A stretch of 64,000 nucleotides of DNA from an uncultured Chloroflexia bacterium (GCA_963797095.1 CAWCNY010000003.1:608001-672000); one strand, 5' to 3'; shown: positions 29,377-40,023, counted from the first letter of the stretch. The notes: generated by a model from the letters alone, not told the origin. Numbers and translations: made by a program.

Positions 29377-30810
29377 ATGAGAGTGAACGATTCTTCTGCA
29401 ACGAACCCAACCCAAGGCCCCGCCACCACCACGCTCAACACAGACCAATTGGCAAAACACCTGGCAGGCGAGTTGATCCTCCCCGGTGACGCCGACTACG
29501 AAACCGCCCGCGTGCCCTGGAACAAAGTCTTTGGCCGTCACCCTAAAATGATCGTGCGCTGCCGCACCACCGCCGACGTGGTTCACACCATCCGGTTCGC
29601 CCGCGATAACAACCTTCCAATATCAGTGCGCAGTGGTGGTCACAGCCCATCCGGCCTCTGCGTGGTTGATGACGGCGTGGTGATCGACCTCTCCCTCATG
29701 ACCGACCTCACCACCGACCCTGAGAGCAAAACAGCCAGGGTCGGGGCGGGCCTTACCTGGGGCGCTGTCACCCAGCAGGTCAACGCGCACGGCTTCGCCA
29801 TTCCCGCAGGCGACACTGCCACCGTCGGCGTCGGCGGCCTCACACTCGCAGGCGGCATCGGGTGGCTGGTACGCAAATACGGCCTCACCATCGACCATCT
29901 ACTATGCGCCGAGATCGTCACTGCCGACGGGCAGGTGCTCACCGCCAGCGAAACCGAGCACCCCGATCTCTTCTGGGCGATACGCGGCGGCGGCGGCAAT
30001 TTCGGGGTCGCCACTTCCTTCGAGTTTAGCCTAACCCCCCTCAACATGGTGCTGGCCGGGATGCTGGCGTTCCCCGCCACCCCTGATATTTTGCCTGCCT
30101 ATTTCAAGATCGCGTCCGAAGCGCCCGAAGAATTGACCACCATCTCTATGCTGATGCTGGGTCCTCCTATGCCTATGCTCCCCGCCGAGTATCACGGCAA
30201 GCCCGTTTTCTTTGTCCTTATCTGCTATGCGGGTAACCCCCAGGATGGCGAGCAAGCGGTGGCCCCACTGCGCGCCCTCTCCCCACCTATAGTGCAAATG
30301 GTCCAGCCCATGCCCTATTCCGCTATCTACAGGCTTTCGGAAGAAGGCGAGGCCAGCCGCCCGGCAAGCGTAAGGTCCATGTTCCTCGACGGCATAGATG
30401 CTGAAACTACCGCCTCGCTGCTTCAGCACCTCAGCAAGCCAAGCTCCCCGATGGTTATGCTCCAGTTTCGGGTGCTCGGAGGAGCCATGGCCCGCGTCCC
30501 CTCCGACGCCACCGCCTTCGCCCACCGCGACAAGAAATACCTGGTGACCATCATCAACGCGTGGATGAACCCCGCCTCCACCCAGGCGGAGCTTGATAAT
30601 CACAGGGCCTGGACCGAAGCCGTCTGGCGCACCTTGCAATCACACGCCAATGGCGTATATGTGAGCTTCCTCGGCGACGAAGACGAATCAGCCATACAAC
30701 AGGCCTACCCGCCCGACACATACAACCGCCTGGCAGCCATCAAACGCCGCTACGACCCAACCAACATCTTCAAAGGCAATCGCAACATCCCACCTGCCGC
30801 CGAATCTTGA
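29377..30810 (+). CDS. FAD-linked oxidase (BBE/VAO family)
   Basis: RSGGHS (covalent FAD His), VGVGGLTLAGGIG, DLFWAIRGGGGNFG, KRRYDPTNIF. Confidence 0.92.
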   Translation: MRVNDSSATNPTQGPATTTLNTDQLAKHLAGELILPGDADYETARVPWNKVFGRHPKMIVRCRTTADVVHTIRFARDNNLPISVRSGGHSPSGLCVVDDGVVIDLSLMTDLTTDPESKTARVGAGLTWGAVTQQVNAHGFAIPAGDTATVGVGGLTLAGGIGWLVRKYGLTIDHLLCAEIVTADGQVLTASETEHPDLFWAIRGGGGNFGVATSFEFSLTPLNMVLAGMLAFPATPDILPAYFKIASEAPEELTTISMLMLGPPMPMLPAEYHGKPVFFVLICYAGNPQDGEQAVAPLRALSPPIVQMVQPMPYSAIYRLSEEGEASRPASVRSMFLDGIDAETTASLLQHLSKPSSPMVMLQFRVLGGAMARVPSDATAFAHRDKKYLVTIINAWMNPASTQAELDNHRAWTEAVWRTLQSHANGVYVSFLGDEDESAIQQAYPPDTYNRLAAIKRRYDPTNIFKGNRNIPPAAES

Positions 30811-30838
30811 AGCAGATCAGCTTCCGGAATAGACAGCC

Positions 30839-32488
30839 CTAAACCTTGTTCCCGGCCGTGCTGTAAGAGTGCGCGGGCACCTCGCTCCCCGCAGGGACAC
30901 CTACATCAGGCCCCTGCCCGGAAGCCATGTGCGATGCAGGCAGCGTCACAATGAAACGTGCCCCCGCTCCCGGAGCCAACTCCGCTTCTATGGTCCCGCC
31001 GTGCGCCTGCACTATAGACCGCGCGATAGCCAGCCCCAACCCAGTGCTGCCCGTAGTGCGCGCCCGCGAAGGGTCGCCCCTGTAGAACCGGTCGAATATG
31101 TACGGGATATCCTCAGGTGCGATACCAGGTCCGGTGTCCCGTACCTCTAGACGCACATGGTTTCCTTCAACCATCTGCGCCGACAGCGTTACCACTCCCT
31201 CAGACGGAGTATAGCGCAGCGCATTATCCACCAGGTTCAAGAGTACCTGTTTCAACCTGTCCGCATCCGCCTGCACGCCTATCGGGCCGTCATTCGCGTG
31301 CTCTACCTGCAACCGCACCTCCCTGGCCTCGGCGAGCGCGCTTACCTGTTCCGCGATATTATCCAGCAGTTTGCCTGCGTCCACCTTGGCGAACGACATC
31401 GGCGCGGCGCTATCCAGGCGCGACAGCGTCAGCAGATCCGACACCAGCCGGGCCATCCGCCCAAGCTCTCCATGCATAGAACGCGCCATCCGCTGCACCG
31501 CCCGCCCGTCGCCCCGGTCCGCACCCAGCAGCAACATCTCGCTCATCCCTTCAAGCGAAGTGAGGGGCGTGCGCAATTCATGCGAGGCATCGGCCACGAA
31601 CCTCCTCTGGGCATGCAAACTGGCGGCCAGCCTGTCAACCATGTGGTCGAATGCGCCCCCCAGCCGTGCCACCTCATTCCCGCCTTCAGGCAACCGCAGC
31701 CGCCTGTTCAGGTCGCCGCCCGCGATAGCCACCGCCGTATGCGCCATCCTGTCCAGCGGGCGCAACACCGTCCTCGTCAGCCACAGCACCACCACCACCC
31801 CGGCCACCGTACCCACGATCACCCCCAGCACCAGGTACAGCCCCAGTTGGTTGAGTATCGCATCCGCCCCCTCCATAGACGCCGATTGCATCAGGAGGAA
31901 ACTCTGCCCACCCTCCACAGGGAAGTTGAGGTTCAACGCCTCCACCACCACCAATTGCCGCCCGCCGGTGGCGGCTGGCACCACCCACTGAGCGGTCGAA
32001 GGAGGTGCTCCCTGCTCCGTAGGAAGCGATACCTGCTTTTGCCATCCATCGGGCAGAGTGGGTAACGGACGTGTAACCCCCTCGAAAGTCAACGTGGAGG
32101 TGATCACATCTCCCTCTGAATTGAGCACAGCTACCGTCACATCCGGGGCCGACAATTCCTGTACCACAAAACCGAACATATGCGCAGGGTCCCTATCGAA
32201 GGGCAGCGGTGGCTGCGACTCAATAGTGCCGCTAACGCCGCCACCGGAGCGTCGTATCGTAAACCCCGGCTGCACGCGCTCGAAATCCGCTCCACGCGAT
32301 AACACCGAGCTTGCCGTCTTCTCAAGGCGATCAGCCGTGTTCTGCACCATGAAACGGTCAAGTTGGGAGTACAACACCCAACCCAGCAGCGACAGCGTCA
32401 CTATAAACAACAGTGTATATAGCACGCTCAGTTGAAGACCCACAGGCACCCGCCACAGCGTGGCACGTACCCTATCAGTGAAACTCAT
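30839..32488 (-). CDS. Sensor histidine kinase (2TM-HAMP-HisKA-HATPase)
   Basis: FVADASHELRTPL, NLVDNA, DTGPGI, FDRFYR, GLGLAI. Confidence 0.95.
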   Translation of the reverse strand: MSFTDRVRATLWRVPVGLQLSVLYTLLFIVTLSLLGWVLYSQLDRFMVQNTADRLEKTASSVLSRGADFERVQPGFTIRRSGGGVSGTIESQPPLPFDRDPAHMFGFVVQELSAPDVTVAVLNSEGDVITSTLTFEGVTRPLPTLPDGWQKQVSLPTEQGAPPSTAQWVVPAATGGRQLVVVEALNLNFPVEGGQSFLLMQSASMEGADAILNQLGLYLVLGVIVGTVAGVVVVLWLTRTVLRPLDRMAHTAVAIAGGDLNRRLRLPEGGNEVARLGGAFDHMVDRLAASLHAQRRFVADASHELRTPLTSLEGMSEMLLLGADRGDGRAVQRMARSMHGELGRMARLVSDLLTLSRLDSAAPMSFAKVDAGKLLDNIAEQVSALAEAREVRLQVEHANDGPIGVQADADRLKQVLLNLVDNALRYTPSEGVVTLSAQMVEGNHVRLEVRDTGPGIAPEDIPYIFDRFYRGDPSRARTTGSTGLGLAIARSIVQAHGGTIEAELAPGAGARFIVTLPASHMASGQGPDVGVPAGSEVPAHSYSTAGNKV

Positions 32489-33173
32489 CCGTCGGCTCCA
32501 ATGAATACCCTATCCCTCGTACGCTGCGGATCAGATTGCGCTCGTCGTCGCCCAGCTTCTCTCGTAGATGGCGAATGTGAACGTCTATCACGTTCGTGTC
32601 GGCCATGTAATCGTAGCCCCACACCCTGTTCAAAATAATATCGCGTGGGAACACCTGCCTGGGGTGCATCAAAAACAGCTCCAGCATATCGAACTCTTTG
32701 GGCGTCAACTCGATCATAGTGCCACCCCTCGTCACCCGGCGCGCCTGCCTGTCCATCGTCACATCCCCGATGCGCAACAGGCGCTGCAGATTGACCCCTC
32801 TCCGCCGCAGGATCGCCCGTGCCCGCGCCATCAATTCGCGAAAACTAAACGGTTTGATCAGATAGTCGTCCGCCCCGCTATCGAGACCCTCGATCCGGTC
32901 CTCAACCTCTCCCCGCGCCGTCAGCATCAGTATCCCCACATCGCTCTGGGCGCGCAGGCGCTTGCAAACATCTACCCCATCGATCCCAGGGAGCATTATG
33001 TCAAGTATGATCAGGTCAGGCTTGGTGCGCTGCGCTTCCTCCAGCGCCTCGAACCCCGTGCGGGCAACGCTCACCTCAAAGCCCTCATAGCTCAACCCCA
33101 TCGTGAGCATCTCAACAATCAGCGGCTCATCGTCCACCACCAACACGCGTACCGGGCGTTCCTGCTCGTCCAT
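32475..33173 (-). CDS. OmpR-family response regulator (MprA-like)
   Basis: VLVVDDE, LDIMLP, GADDYLIKPF, NVIDVHIRHLREKL, RSVRGIGY. Start is uncertain (ORF open to 33305); an AAAGGGAGG RBS precedes ATG 33173. Confidence 0.93.
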   Translation of the reverse strand: MDEQERPVRVLVVDDEPLIVEMLTMGLSYEGFEVSVARTGFEALEEAQRTKPDLIILDIMLPGIDGVDVCKRLRAQSDVGILMLTARGEVEDRIEGLDSGADDYLIKPFSFRELMARARAILRRRGVNLQRLLRIGDVTMDRQARRVTRGGTMIELTPKEFDMLELFLMHPRQVFPRDIILNRVWGYDYMADTNVIDVHIRHLREKLGDDERNLIRSVRGIGYSLEPTDEFH

Positions 33174-33355
33174 GTCCTCCCTTTCATTCATACTGGTAAT
33201 CGAATTAACATTACCTACCGCTATCTCACGTATAGCGCTCCCATTAGTATCATAACCTGAATACCTTTGAGCCATCTTTGCATCTCCGTCCCGGATCGGC
33301 ACCACGACGTGCGCCAGCGAGGCAACCTCGCTCGATCCCTGGTCTTTATACTACC

Positions 33356-33410
33356 AATATATGCCGCTCAGGTTAAGGTACGCTGAGAGAATAATTAAGA
33401 TTCAGTTAAG
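33356..33410 (-). promoter_or_regulatory. Putative OmpR-type direct-repeat boxes plus -10 element
   Basis: + strand TTAAG at 33373, 33395, 33406; minus-strand TATATT at 33361-33356; same spacing as 34740-34794. Confidence 0.6.
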
Positions 33411-33468
33411 AGCGGGGGATTGCCTGAGCAGCGCGAGAACACACCCGCAGGCATGAAATCTGTATCTA

Positions 33469-33509
33469 AAAAGCCAAAAATGGCGGGTTAGCCGCCATTT
33501 TTGGCTTTT
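33469..33509. terminator. Intrinsic terminator hairpin
   Basis: Perfect 18-bp stem AAAAGCCAAAAATGGCGG / CCGCCATTTTTGGCTTTT downstream of the 33614-34618 gene. Confidence 0.85.
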
Positions 33510-33613
33510 CTATATAGCTCTCCCCAAAATCGGGGGCGAGGTCTTCGAGGGCGATCCGGGCAGATTTTACGCTCAAACCTGGTACTCGGATCGACCCCAG
33601 CTCGATATTTGAC

Positions 33614-34618
33614 TTAGGAGAAAGGCTGTGGCACCTGCACCGGCGTATCCGGGCTGTTGGGAGCCGTGCCCGCGCTCAAGAGCGAGTTCACAACCCTCAG
33701 CAACGCATCACCAACGTTAGCAGCGCCCGCTGCATCGCTGTAGTTGCCTGCCTGGTAAGCACTGTACGCCTTGCTGTACTGGTCCTTCGCAGCCGCCACA
33801 TAGGTAGCCGCGCCGCCCTTGCTGGCGCTACTGTTTACCAGAGCCTCTTGCGACACTATGCTGTTGTACAGGTTCGCCACTATCCTGCTGGCCTGCGCCT
33901 GCGTGATATTCGACGGCACCTGCCCGCCTGGGCCTATCTTACCCGGACCCATGCCAGGGCCAGGCATGCCTGGGTGCATCTGACCCTTGCCTGCGTTCTG
34001 CCTCTGTGTATAAGAAGGCAAAGTATCGGCCCCAAGAGCCTGTTGCATCAACATCTCGGCAGCCCTTGCCAGTTCGCTCGCGGCGTTGGCGGTCTCCACC
34101 GATTTGCCGTACTCGCCGTTGGTGTTGGCGGTCTGAGCTGCGGCAAGCAGACCATCGGCCTTATCGACCCAGTCCTGCGCCGTGGCGGTGTCCATCTTCC
34201 CGGCAGCATAAGCGAGGTCGCCCTTGACGAGCGTGATCACGCTCGTAGTCGAGCTGATCGCCCTGGTGGCTCCATCGGCGGAATACGCCCCGCCAAAGCT
34301 TCCGCGCACGCCGCTCTCGAATCGTGGCCCCGCGTCCGGACCACCGGGACCGCCGCCCCAGGCTTGTCCGCCAGGCCCGCCTGGGCCTCTACTACCCCTC
34401 ATCCCCGGCATGCCATTGCGTGGGCTGCCCGGCTTCTGGCTGTCGGGTGCGGGCGTGGCAGTGGCATCAGCCACTTGCCCTGTCTGATCGGTTTGGGTCA
34501 CCGCGGTACCTGCCGATGCCGAAGGCGTAAGTACGCTTCCGGCCAGCACACCGATCCCCAGCGTGGCGGCCAGCGCCACGCCAAGTACTGCTGTTCCTGT
34601 GAGGGTCTTCCAGTTCAT
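33614..34618 (-). CDS. Secreted/membrane-anchored hypothetical protein with Gly/Pro-rich linkers and two Ala-rich helical repeats
   Basis: N-terminal signal/TM segment; GGPGGP linkers; similar segments AAAQTANTNGEYGKSVETANAA and KAYSAYQAGNYSDAAGAAN; AGGAG RBS. Confidence 0.75.
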   Translation of the reverse strand: MNWKTLTGTAVLGVALAATLGIGVLAGSVLTPSASAGTAVTQTDQTGQVADATATPAPDSQKPGSPRNGMPGMRGSRGPGGPGGQAWGGGPGGPDAGPRFESGVRGSFGGAYSADGATRAISSTTSVITLVKGDLAYAAGKMDTATAQDWVDKADGLLAAAQTANTNGEYGKSVETANAASELARAAEMLMQQALGADTLPSYTQRQNAGKGQMHPGMPGPGMGPGKIGPGGQVPSNITQAQASRIVANLYNSIVSQEALVNSSASKGGAATYVAAAKDQYSKAYSAYQAGNYSDAAGAANVGDALLRVVNSLLSAGTAPNSPDTPVQVPQPFS

Positions 34619-34739
34619 AGGCGTTCTCCTTCTGTACCACCGCAGTGGACGACCAATAGCCATCAACTGCACGGCTCTATTTCATTGCCATTTATGCAAA
34701 GGCTCTTTCTCAGGCTACGCAAGAGGGAGCCTACTATGA

Positions 34740-34794
34740 AGTATAGGCGACTAGAATTAAGTCATTCCACCCAAACTATTAAGTTTAGATTAGA
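34740..34794 (-). promoter_or_regulatory. Putative OmpR-type direct-repeat boxes plus -10 element
   Basis: + strand TTAAG at 34757 and 34779, TTAGA at 34790; minus-strand TATACT at 34745-34740. Confidence 0.6.
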
Positions 34795-34802
34795 GCCGCT
34801 CC

Positions 34803-35258
34803 TCAAACATCCACAGATATCTCTGCGGCCACAGCCTGGTCCAGCGCCAGGTCGGTCTCACCGATCTGCACTATCGGCACCGGGCGCTTCTGCGCGAGGC
34901 GCACCGGCGTGCCCGGCAGCAGCCCGTACTGGCTCAGGTGCGCGAACAACCCCGTCTCCCCTCCGGCGCCCTCTCCTATCTCCGATATGTAACCCCCTTG
35001 CCCCGGCTTCAAATCGAGCAAACTCACGGTCCTCTGTACTGGCGCACTGCCGGTGCTGCCTTTCCCACGCCTGAACAACCGCATTACCCTCCGCGTCAAT
35101 CCGGACCTGGCCGGGTCTACGGTCGAATACCCGCACCTGGGACAGCATACCACCATGCAGTGCACCCCAAGCGGGCACGCCGCATGGCAGGTCAACTCCG
35201 ACTGCGCAAACTCGTAGCCGCACATGGCGCAGCGCATCATCTCGGCTTTAGCGTCCAT
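34803..35258 (-). CDS. feoA: FeoA protein with N-terminal Cys-rich domain
   Basis: C-terminal LSQYGLLPGTPV...PIVQIGETDLALD..VA (FeoA); N-terminal CAMC...CHAACPLGVHCMVVCCPRC; overlaps the feoB end. Confidence 0.85.
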   Translation of the reverse strand: MDAKAEMMRCAMCGYEFAQSELTCHAACPLGVHCMVVCCPRCGYSTVDPARSGLTRRVMRLFRRGKGSTGSAPVQRTVSLLDLKPGQGGYISEIGEGAGGETGLFAHLSQYGLLPGTPVRLAQKRPVPIVQIGETDLALDQAVAAEISVDV

Positions 35259-37225
35259 AACCCACCGCCTCTATCATTATACGCACCAACCCGCCAACCG
35301 CAAACGCGAACGGAAACACAAACGCCACTATCCCAAGCGCGGTCTTCCAGCCCCTCTCCTTGATCATCATCATGACGGTCGCCACGCAAGGCACAAACAG
35401 CGTGATCACCACCAGGCTAACCAGCATCTGGTCGGGCGAAAGCAGTCCCTGCCTCGCCATGTCGAACAACCCCGTCGCCCCGTAGTCCCGCCGCAAGAAC
35501 CCCATCAGGAACATACCGGCCGTCGTTTCGGGCAGCCCGAGCCACCCGGTCACCAGCGGCTTCATCGCCTCCTCAACCACACCAAGCGCCCCAGTCTTCG
35601 CCAGCACGAACAGGGCAGCAGTCGCCAGCAGAAACAGCGGGATCACCTCTTTCAAATACCACTCCAACCTCGCCAGCGTCTTCACAACAAGATTGTCCCG
35701 CTGCGGCAACCGTAGCGGCGGCAGCTCCATCACGAAGTCCGAGCTATCCCCCGGCACCACGCGTGACGCCAGCCACCCTACCAGCAGCATCACACCCACC
35801 ACTACCCCCGCCCAGATGAGCACTCCCATCGGGCTAAGCCACCCCACCATCGCCAGCATCACGCCCAGTTGCGCCGAGCACGGCACGCTCAGCGCCAGCA
35901 GCAGCGTCGCCAGCACCCGCTCCTTCTTCGTACCTCAGGATGCGCGTCGTCATGGTCGCCATCGTCACGCACCCGAGTCCCAGCGCCATCGGCAAAATAG
36001 CCTTCCCGTTCAGCCCGATCCTCTTGAAAGACCTGTTGAGCAACACCGCCAGCCTGGGCAGGTATCCCAAATCCTCCAGCACCCCGAACGCCAGGAAGAA
36101 GGTGGTCACGATCGGCAGCACTATCCCGATCCCGTAGGCTAACCCCACCGTCAGCAGACCATACTCGCCCACCAGGAAATCGGCCACGAGCGCGGGCACC
36201 GGCGCCCCTTGCATCACCCCCGTAATCCACGGGTTGATCCACTCCTCGAACAGGGTGCCCTCGAACAACCCCACAAGCGTGCCGGCCCCGAACTCGCCCA
36301 CGAACTTGTACAGCGCGAACATCACTACCAGCAAAATGGGCCACCCCAGCACCGGGTGCACCGCCCAGCGCGCCAGCCTCTCCCCCCACGAAAGGCCACC
36401 CGCCCTGTTCTGAACGTAAACCGCATCCACAAGAGCGGCCACAGCCCCCCACCGCTGCTGTGTAATCGTCTGCGCCAGCGATCTCGGCAGATTGGCCGAG
36501 GCCCTCGCCCGTATCCCCTCCAACGCCGCCGTCTCTTCCAGCGACAACCTCAAGCCCTTCTCGAGCCCCGCATCCTTCGCCAGCAGCGCCAGCGCCATCC
36601 ACCGCTTCCCCGGCATTCCCTCCGACAGCATATCAACGACAGCCGCCACTCCCTCCTCGATCTCCCTGCTGTACCCCACGCGAAGGCTCGGCACTCTTGG
36701 CGCGCTCATGCTATGCGCAAGGTCCCCGATCCCCTGCCCGCTCGTAGCCACCGTGCTCACCACGTCGATCCCAAGCAGTTCGCCAAGCCGCACCGTCTCT
36801 ATCTTCACCCCACGCAATTGCGCCTCATCCGCCATGTTCAAATCAAGCACCAGAGGGAAATCCAACTCCGCGAATTGCAGCGTGAGAAACAGCGCCCGCG
36901 ACAGGTTCTTCGCATCGGCCACCTGCACGACAGATTGCGCCTCCCTCCTCAAAAGCAAGGCCCGCGTTACCTCTTCGTCCGCCGCCAGCGGTTGAAGACT
37001 GTTGATCCCCGGCGCGTCCACCAGCGTGACACGCCTATGCCCCATCCGCGCCGTACCCTGCGCTACCTCCACCGTGGTGCCGGGGTAATTCGACACAGTC
37101 ACATACCGCCCGGTCAGCCGCTTAAAAATCACCGACTTCCCAACATTGGGCTGACCGGCCAGTATCACAAGCGACTCATCAGCGGCACCCTCAGGCGTAG
37201 GCGCGACAGCAGTATGGCAGTTCAT
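35248..37225 (-). CDS. feoB: Ferrous iron transporter FeoB, split by a single frameshift near 35933
   Basis: GQPNVGKS, SNYPGTT, DAPG, NMAD, LEDLGYLPR, GLGC; continues in another frame as VPCSAQLG, MELPP, TLFVPCVAT. Confidence 0.92.
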
Positions 37226-37302
37226 CTCTACACTGATCTTAAAGGCATCAGGTGAGAAGAACGGTGAATAATGGTGAAAACTACTTCAAAGCCCCCTACG
37301 AC

Positions 37303-38217
37303 TTACCCGCCCTGGGCGCCGGACGCACCGGCCACCTCTGCTTCCCGAACCTGAGCATCCGCATCTTGCGCGGCGGCCCCCTCCATATCTCGCTTTGTGG
37401 CCGAACCGGACCGCTTCAGGAAATCTAGCACAATTGGGATCGTCTCCTCGGGCATCTCGCTCTGGGGATAATGCCCCGCACCCTGGATCAATTTCAGGGT
37501 GCCTCCGACCTGCCCGGCCACGATCTTCCCTTCCGCTGCCGGGTTGGGGAAATCGGGGTCTTTCGTGCCCACGATCACAAGCGTCGGGGCCTTCACCAGC
37601 TTCAGGCTCTCCGCCGACGGTTGGCGCGAGGAATTCGCCAGCGCATCGGCTGCATGCAACCTCCCCGGCTCCGCCATATTCTTCATCAGCTTGGCCAAAT
37701 AGTCCTGAAAGTCGGCGGGCTTGCGCGTCGGGTACAGCGACTTATAGTACATACCCCACGTCCGCACCCGCCACGGATTGTTCATAAGCAGCCAGAACAT
37801 GGCCTTCATGATCGGGTTTATCCTGGCGGTGCGCACAAATGGCGTAATCAGCACCAGCGACCGGATCAGATCCGGGTGCTTCGCCGCCACCCATACGGCA
37901 GGCGCTCCCGAAAACGAAGTGGTGATCACATGGGCAGACCCCGCGCGCAGGTGCTCGATCATAGCAAGAATGTCTTCCCCGACCGATGGCACATCATAAG
38001 TGTTCCACGGCACGCTCAACTCGCCGTGTCCCGGCAGGTCCATCGTCACCGCGCGAAAGCCCGCTTCTCTGAGCTTCGGCGCAAGATAACGATACTCGCT
38101 GCGAAGCGCGCCAATCCCCGGCAGCATCAATACGGGTACACCGTCGCCACCATAATCACTGTAAGCCAGCGTGCCTTCAGGGCGTTCCAGATATTCAGTT
38201 TTCAAATCAGTTTGCAT
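37303..38217 (-). CDS. Alpha/beta fold hydrolase
   Basis: LPGIGA, MDLPGHG, TTSFSG elbow, GTKDPD, GAGHYPQ; AGGAGG RBS. Confidence 0.88.
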   Translation of the reverse strand: MQTDLKTEYLERPEGTLAYSDYGGDGVPVLMLPGIGALRSEYRYLAPKLREAGFRAVTMDLPGHGELSVPWNTYDVPSVGEDILAMIEHLRAGSAHVITTSFSGAPAVWVAAKHPDLIRSLVLITPFVRTARINPIMKAMFWLLMNNPWRVRTWGMYYKSLYPTRKPADFQDYLAKLMKNMAEPGRLHAADALANSSRQPSAESLKLVKAPTLVIVGTKDPDFPNPAAEGKIVAGQVGGTLKLIQGAGHYPQSEMPEETIPIVLDFLKRSGSATKRDMEGAAAQDADAQVREAEVAGASGAQGG

Positions 38218-38319
38218 TAGTCGTCCTCCTATCTTGATATCTCGATACAACCGGCGTCACTCCTGCTTCTCCCCATTGTCAAGGTCGCTTTCCAAGACCT
38301 ACAAGACCCGCCTCCGGTC

Positions 38320-38721
38320 CTATTCCGTCTCCGGACCGTCGACATTCACCACCGTGACATCGCTACAGGCACGCGCGACCACCACAACGAGGTCTTGCTC
38401 GCCCACCAACTCTTCCATGTGAATGGCGCTTGGCGCAACTGACAGGAAATCGCCTGGGCCCACTTCGGCGCTTTCCTCACCTCCCTTCCCCCAGCGAAAG
38501 CGGGCGCGCCCTTGCAATACATAGAGGCCCGTGTCGCAATCCCCGTGATGGTGCCATCCGCTCTTCATGCCTGTCGGTGATGTCGCCAACCCCATCCACA
38601 GGTTCTGACTGCCTGTGGTTTCCGGTGTCAGGGCGGCCTCGCGTTTCATACCATGTGTCTGCGGGGTAAACGTATTGCGCTGATTGTCGCGAACAACATT
38701 GATCCCTACTTTCATATCCAT
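38320..38721 (-). CDS. Cupin domain protein
   Basis: SGWHHHG..DT..YVLQG and GPGDFLSVAPSAIHME; AAGGAG RBS. Confidence 0.88.
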   Translation of the reverse strand: MDMKVGINVVRDNQRNTFTPQTHGMKREAALTPETTGSQNLWMGLATSPTGMKSGWHHHGDCDTGLYVLQGRARFRWGKGGEESAEVGPGDFLSVAPSAIHMEELVGEQDLVVVVARACSDVTVVNVDGPETE

Positions 38722-38943
38722 GCCATTCTCCTTATCTAGTTGGCATTCCAAAGTTACCTGTAGAGGCAATGCACACTTTGCTCTCCTGCTACAGGCCATG
38801 TTTGAATGCCAATTTCGTACCGCAGCCGTTCTTGTCTTGGAAAGCGACCCTTGACCACAGGGGAAGCAGGTGTCAGCTGATTGCGGGTGTGGGCGTCACG
38901 CGCGAGTGTTATTTTGCCGAAATTCGAATTTGTCTGCCTTACC

Positions 38944-40023
38944 TCACTTCCTGAGCACATACCAGTTGTTCTGAAGGTCGTGCGCCAGTTGATTCGTTTC
39001 TATGGACCGGAAACCGGCTTTCTGAAGATACTCTCGCGTCTTTTCCTCGCCCCACATCGCGCCCAACCCCTCGCCACCCTGCGCCAGCGACACGGTCATG
39101 CAGTGCATGGTCGAGATGGTATACAGGAACGGGCCGAGCGGGTGCCCAATATCCTGATAAACATGGCTCGATCCCCTGATGTCCTGCATCAGATACACTC
39201 CATCCCCTGTCAGTGCGCGATAAATCCCCTTCAGAACATTGAGTGGTTTGGCCTGGTCGTGAATAGCATCGAACGTAGTGATAAAGTCAAAAGCCTCTCT
39301 CTCGGCGGTCTCATCGAAATCACCGAGGTCGCGAACGGTGAACTCCGTATTCCGCAGGCCCTTTTGCGCCGCCCCGTCCCTCGCACTCTCAATCGCCTCA
39401 GGCGAGAAGTCTATCCCCGTAAACCTGCTGCTAGGGTACAGTTCGGCCAACCGGTTGACGATGCGGCCACTACCACACCCCACATCCAGCACCTGTATGC
39501 CCCTGTCGAGCCGGTCGGTCAATCCCGCCACCAGCAACAAAATATGAGATTCGAGTGCCGACAGCACCGACTGGCCGCTGTCTTCCGCCATTACGGCGTG
39601 GAAGCGTGGAAATTCCTCGTATGGAACCCCGCCGCCACTCTTGAAGCATTCGACAATATCATCCTCTACACGCCCCATCACCGCGATATACTGGGTAAAG
39701 ACGGCGATATTATCCACAGCCCCGGCACGAGTCAAAAACGGTGCGTGTTCCTCCGGCAACTTGTAGTAAGTGCTGGTTGGGTCGACTTCGACCACCCCGC
39801 CCACCACCATCGCCCCCAGCCATTCGCGCACGTATCGCTCGTGCAGCCCGGCCTCTTTCGCGATCTCTACCGGCGTAGAAGCGGGCAACCCACGCATAAC
39901 GTCGAACAGGCCGGTGCGGTGGCCGATACTTGTCATCAGCGCAACAGAGGCATTGTTCAACACATCTATCATGTGCCCGGCGAACGCCTCGGACTTCTTC
40001 AGGTCGAATGGTCCGTCTATCAT
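38944..40023 (-). CDS. SAM-dependent methyltransferase with N-terminal winged helix (Rv2258c-like)
   Basis: GHRTGLF, ERYVREWL, VLDVGCGSG, FDAIHD, HCMTVSLAQGGEGLGAMWG. Confidence 0.9.
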   Translation of the reverse strand: MIDGPFDLKKSEAFAGHMIDVLNNASVALMTSIGHRTGLFDVMRGLPASTPVEIAKEAGLHERYVREWLGAMVVGGVVEVDPTSTYYKLPEEHAPFLTRAGAVDNIAVFTQYIAVMGRVEDDIVECFKSGGGVPYEEFPRFHAVMAEDSGQSVLSALESHILLLVAGLTDRLDRGIQVLDVGCGSGRIVNRLAELYPSSRFTGIDFSPEAIESARDGAAQKGLRNTEFTVRDLGDFDETAEREAFDFITTFDAIHDQAKPLNVLKGIYRALTGDGVYLMQDIRGSSHVYQDIGHPLGPFLYTISTMHCMTVSLAQGGEGLGAMWGEEKTREYLQKAGFRSIETNQLAHDLQNNWYVLRK

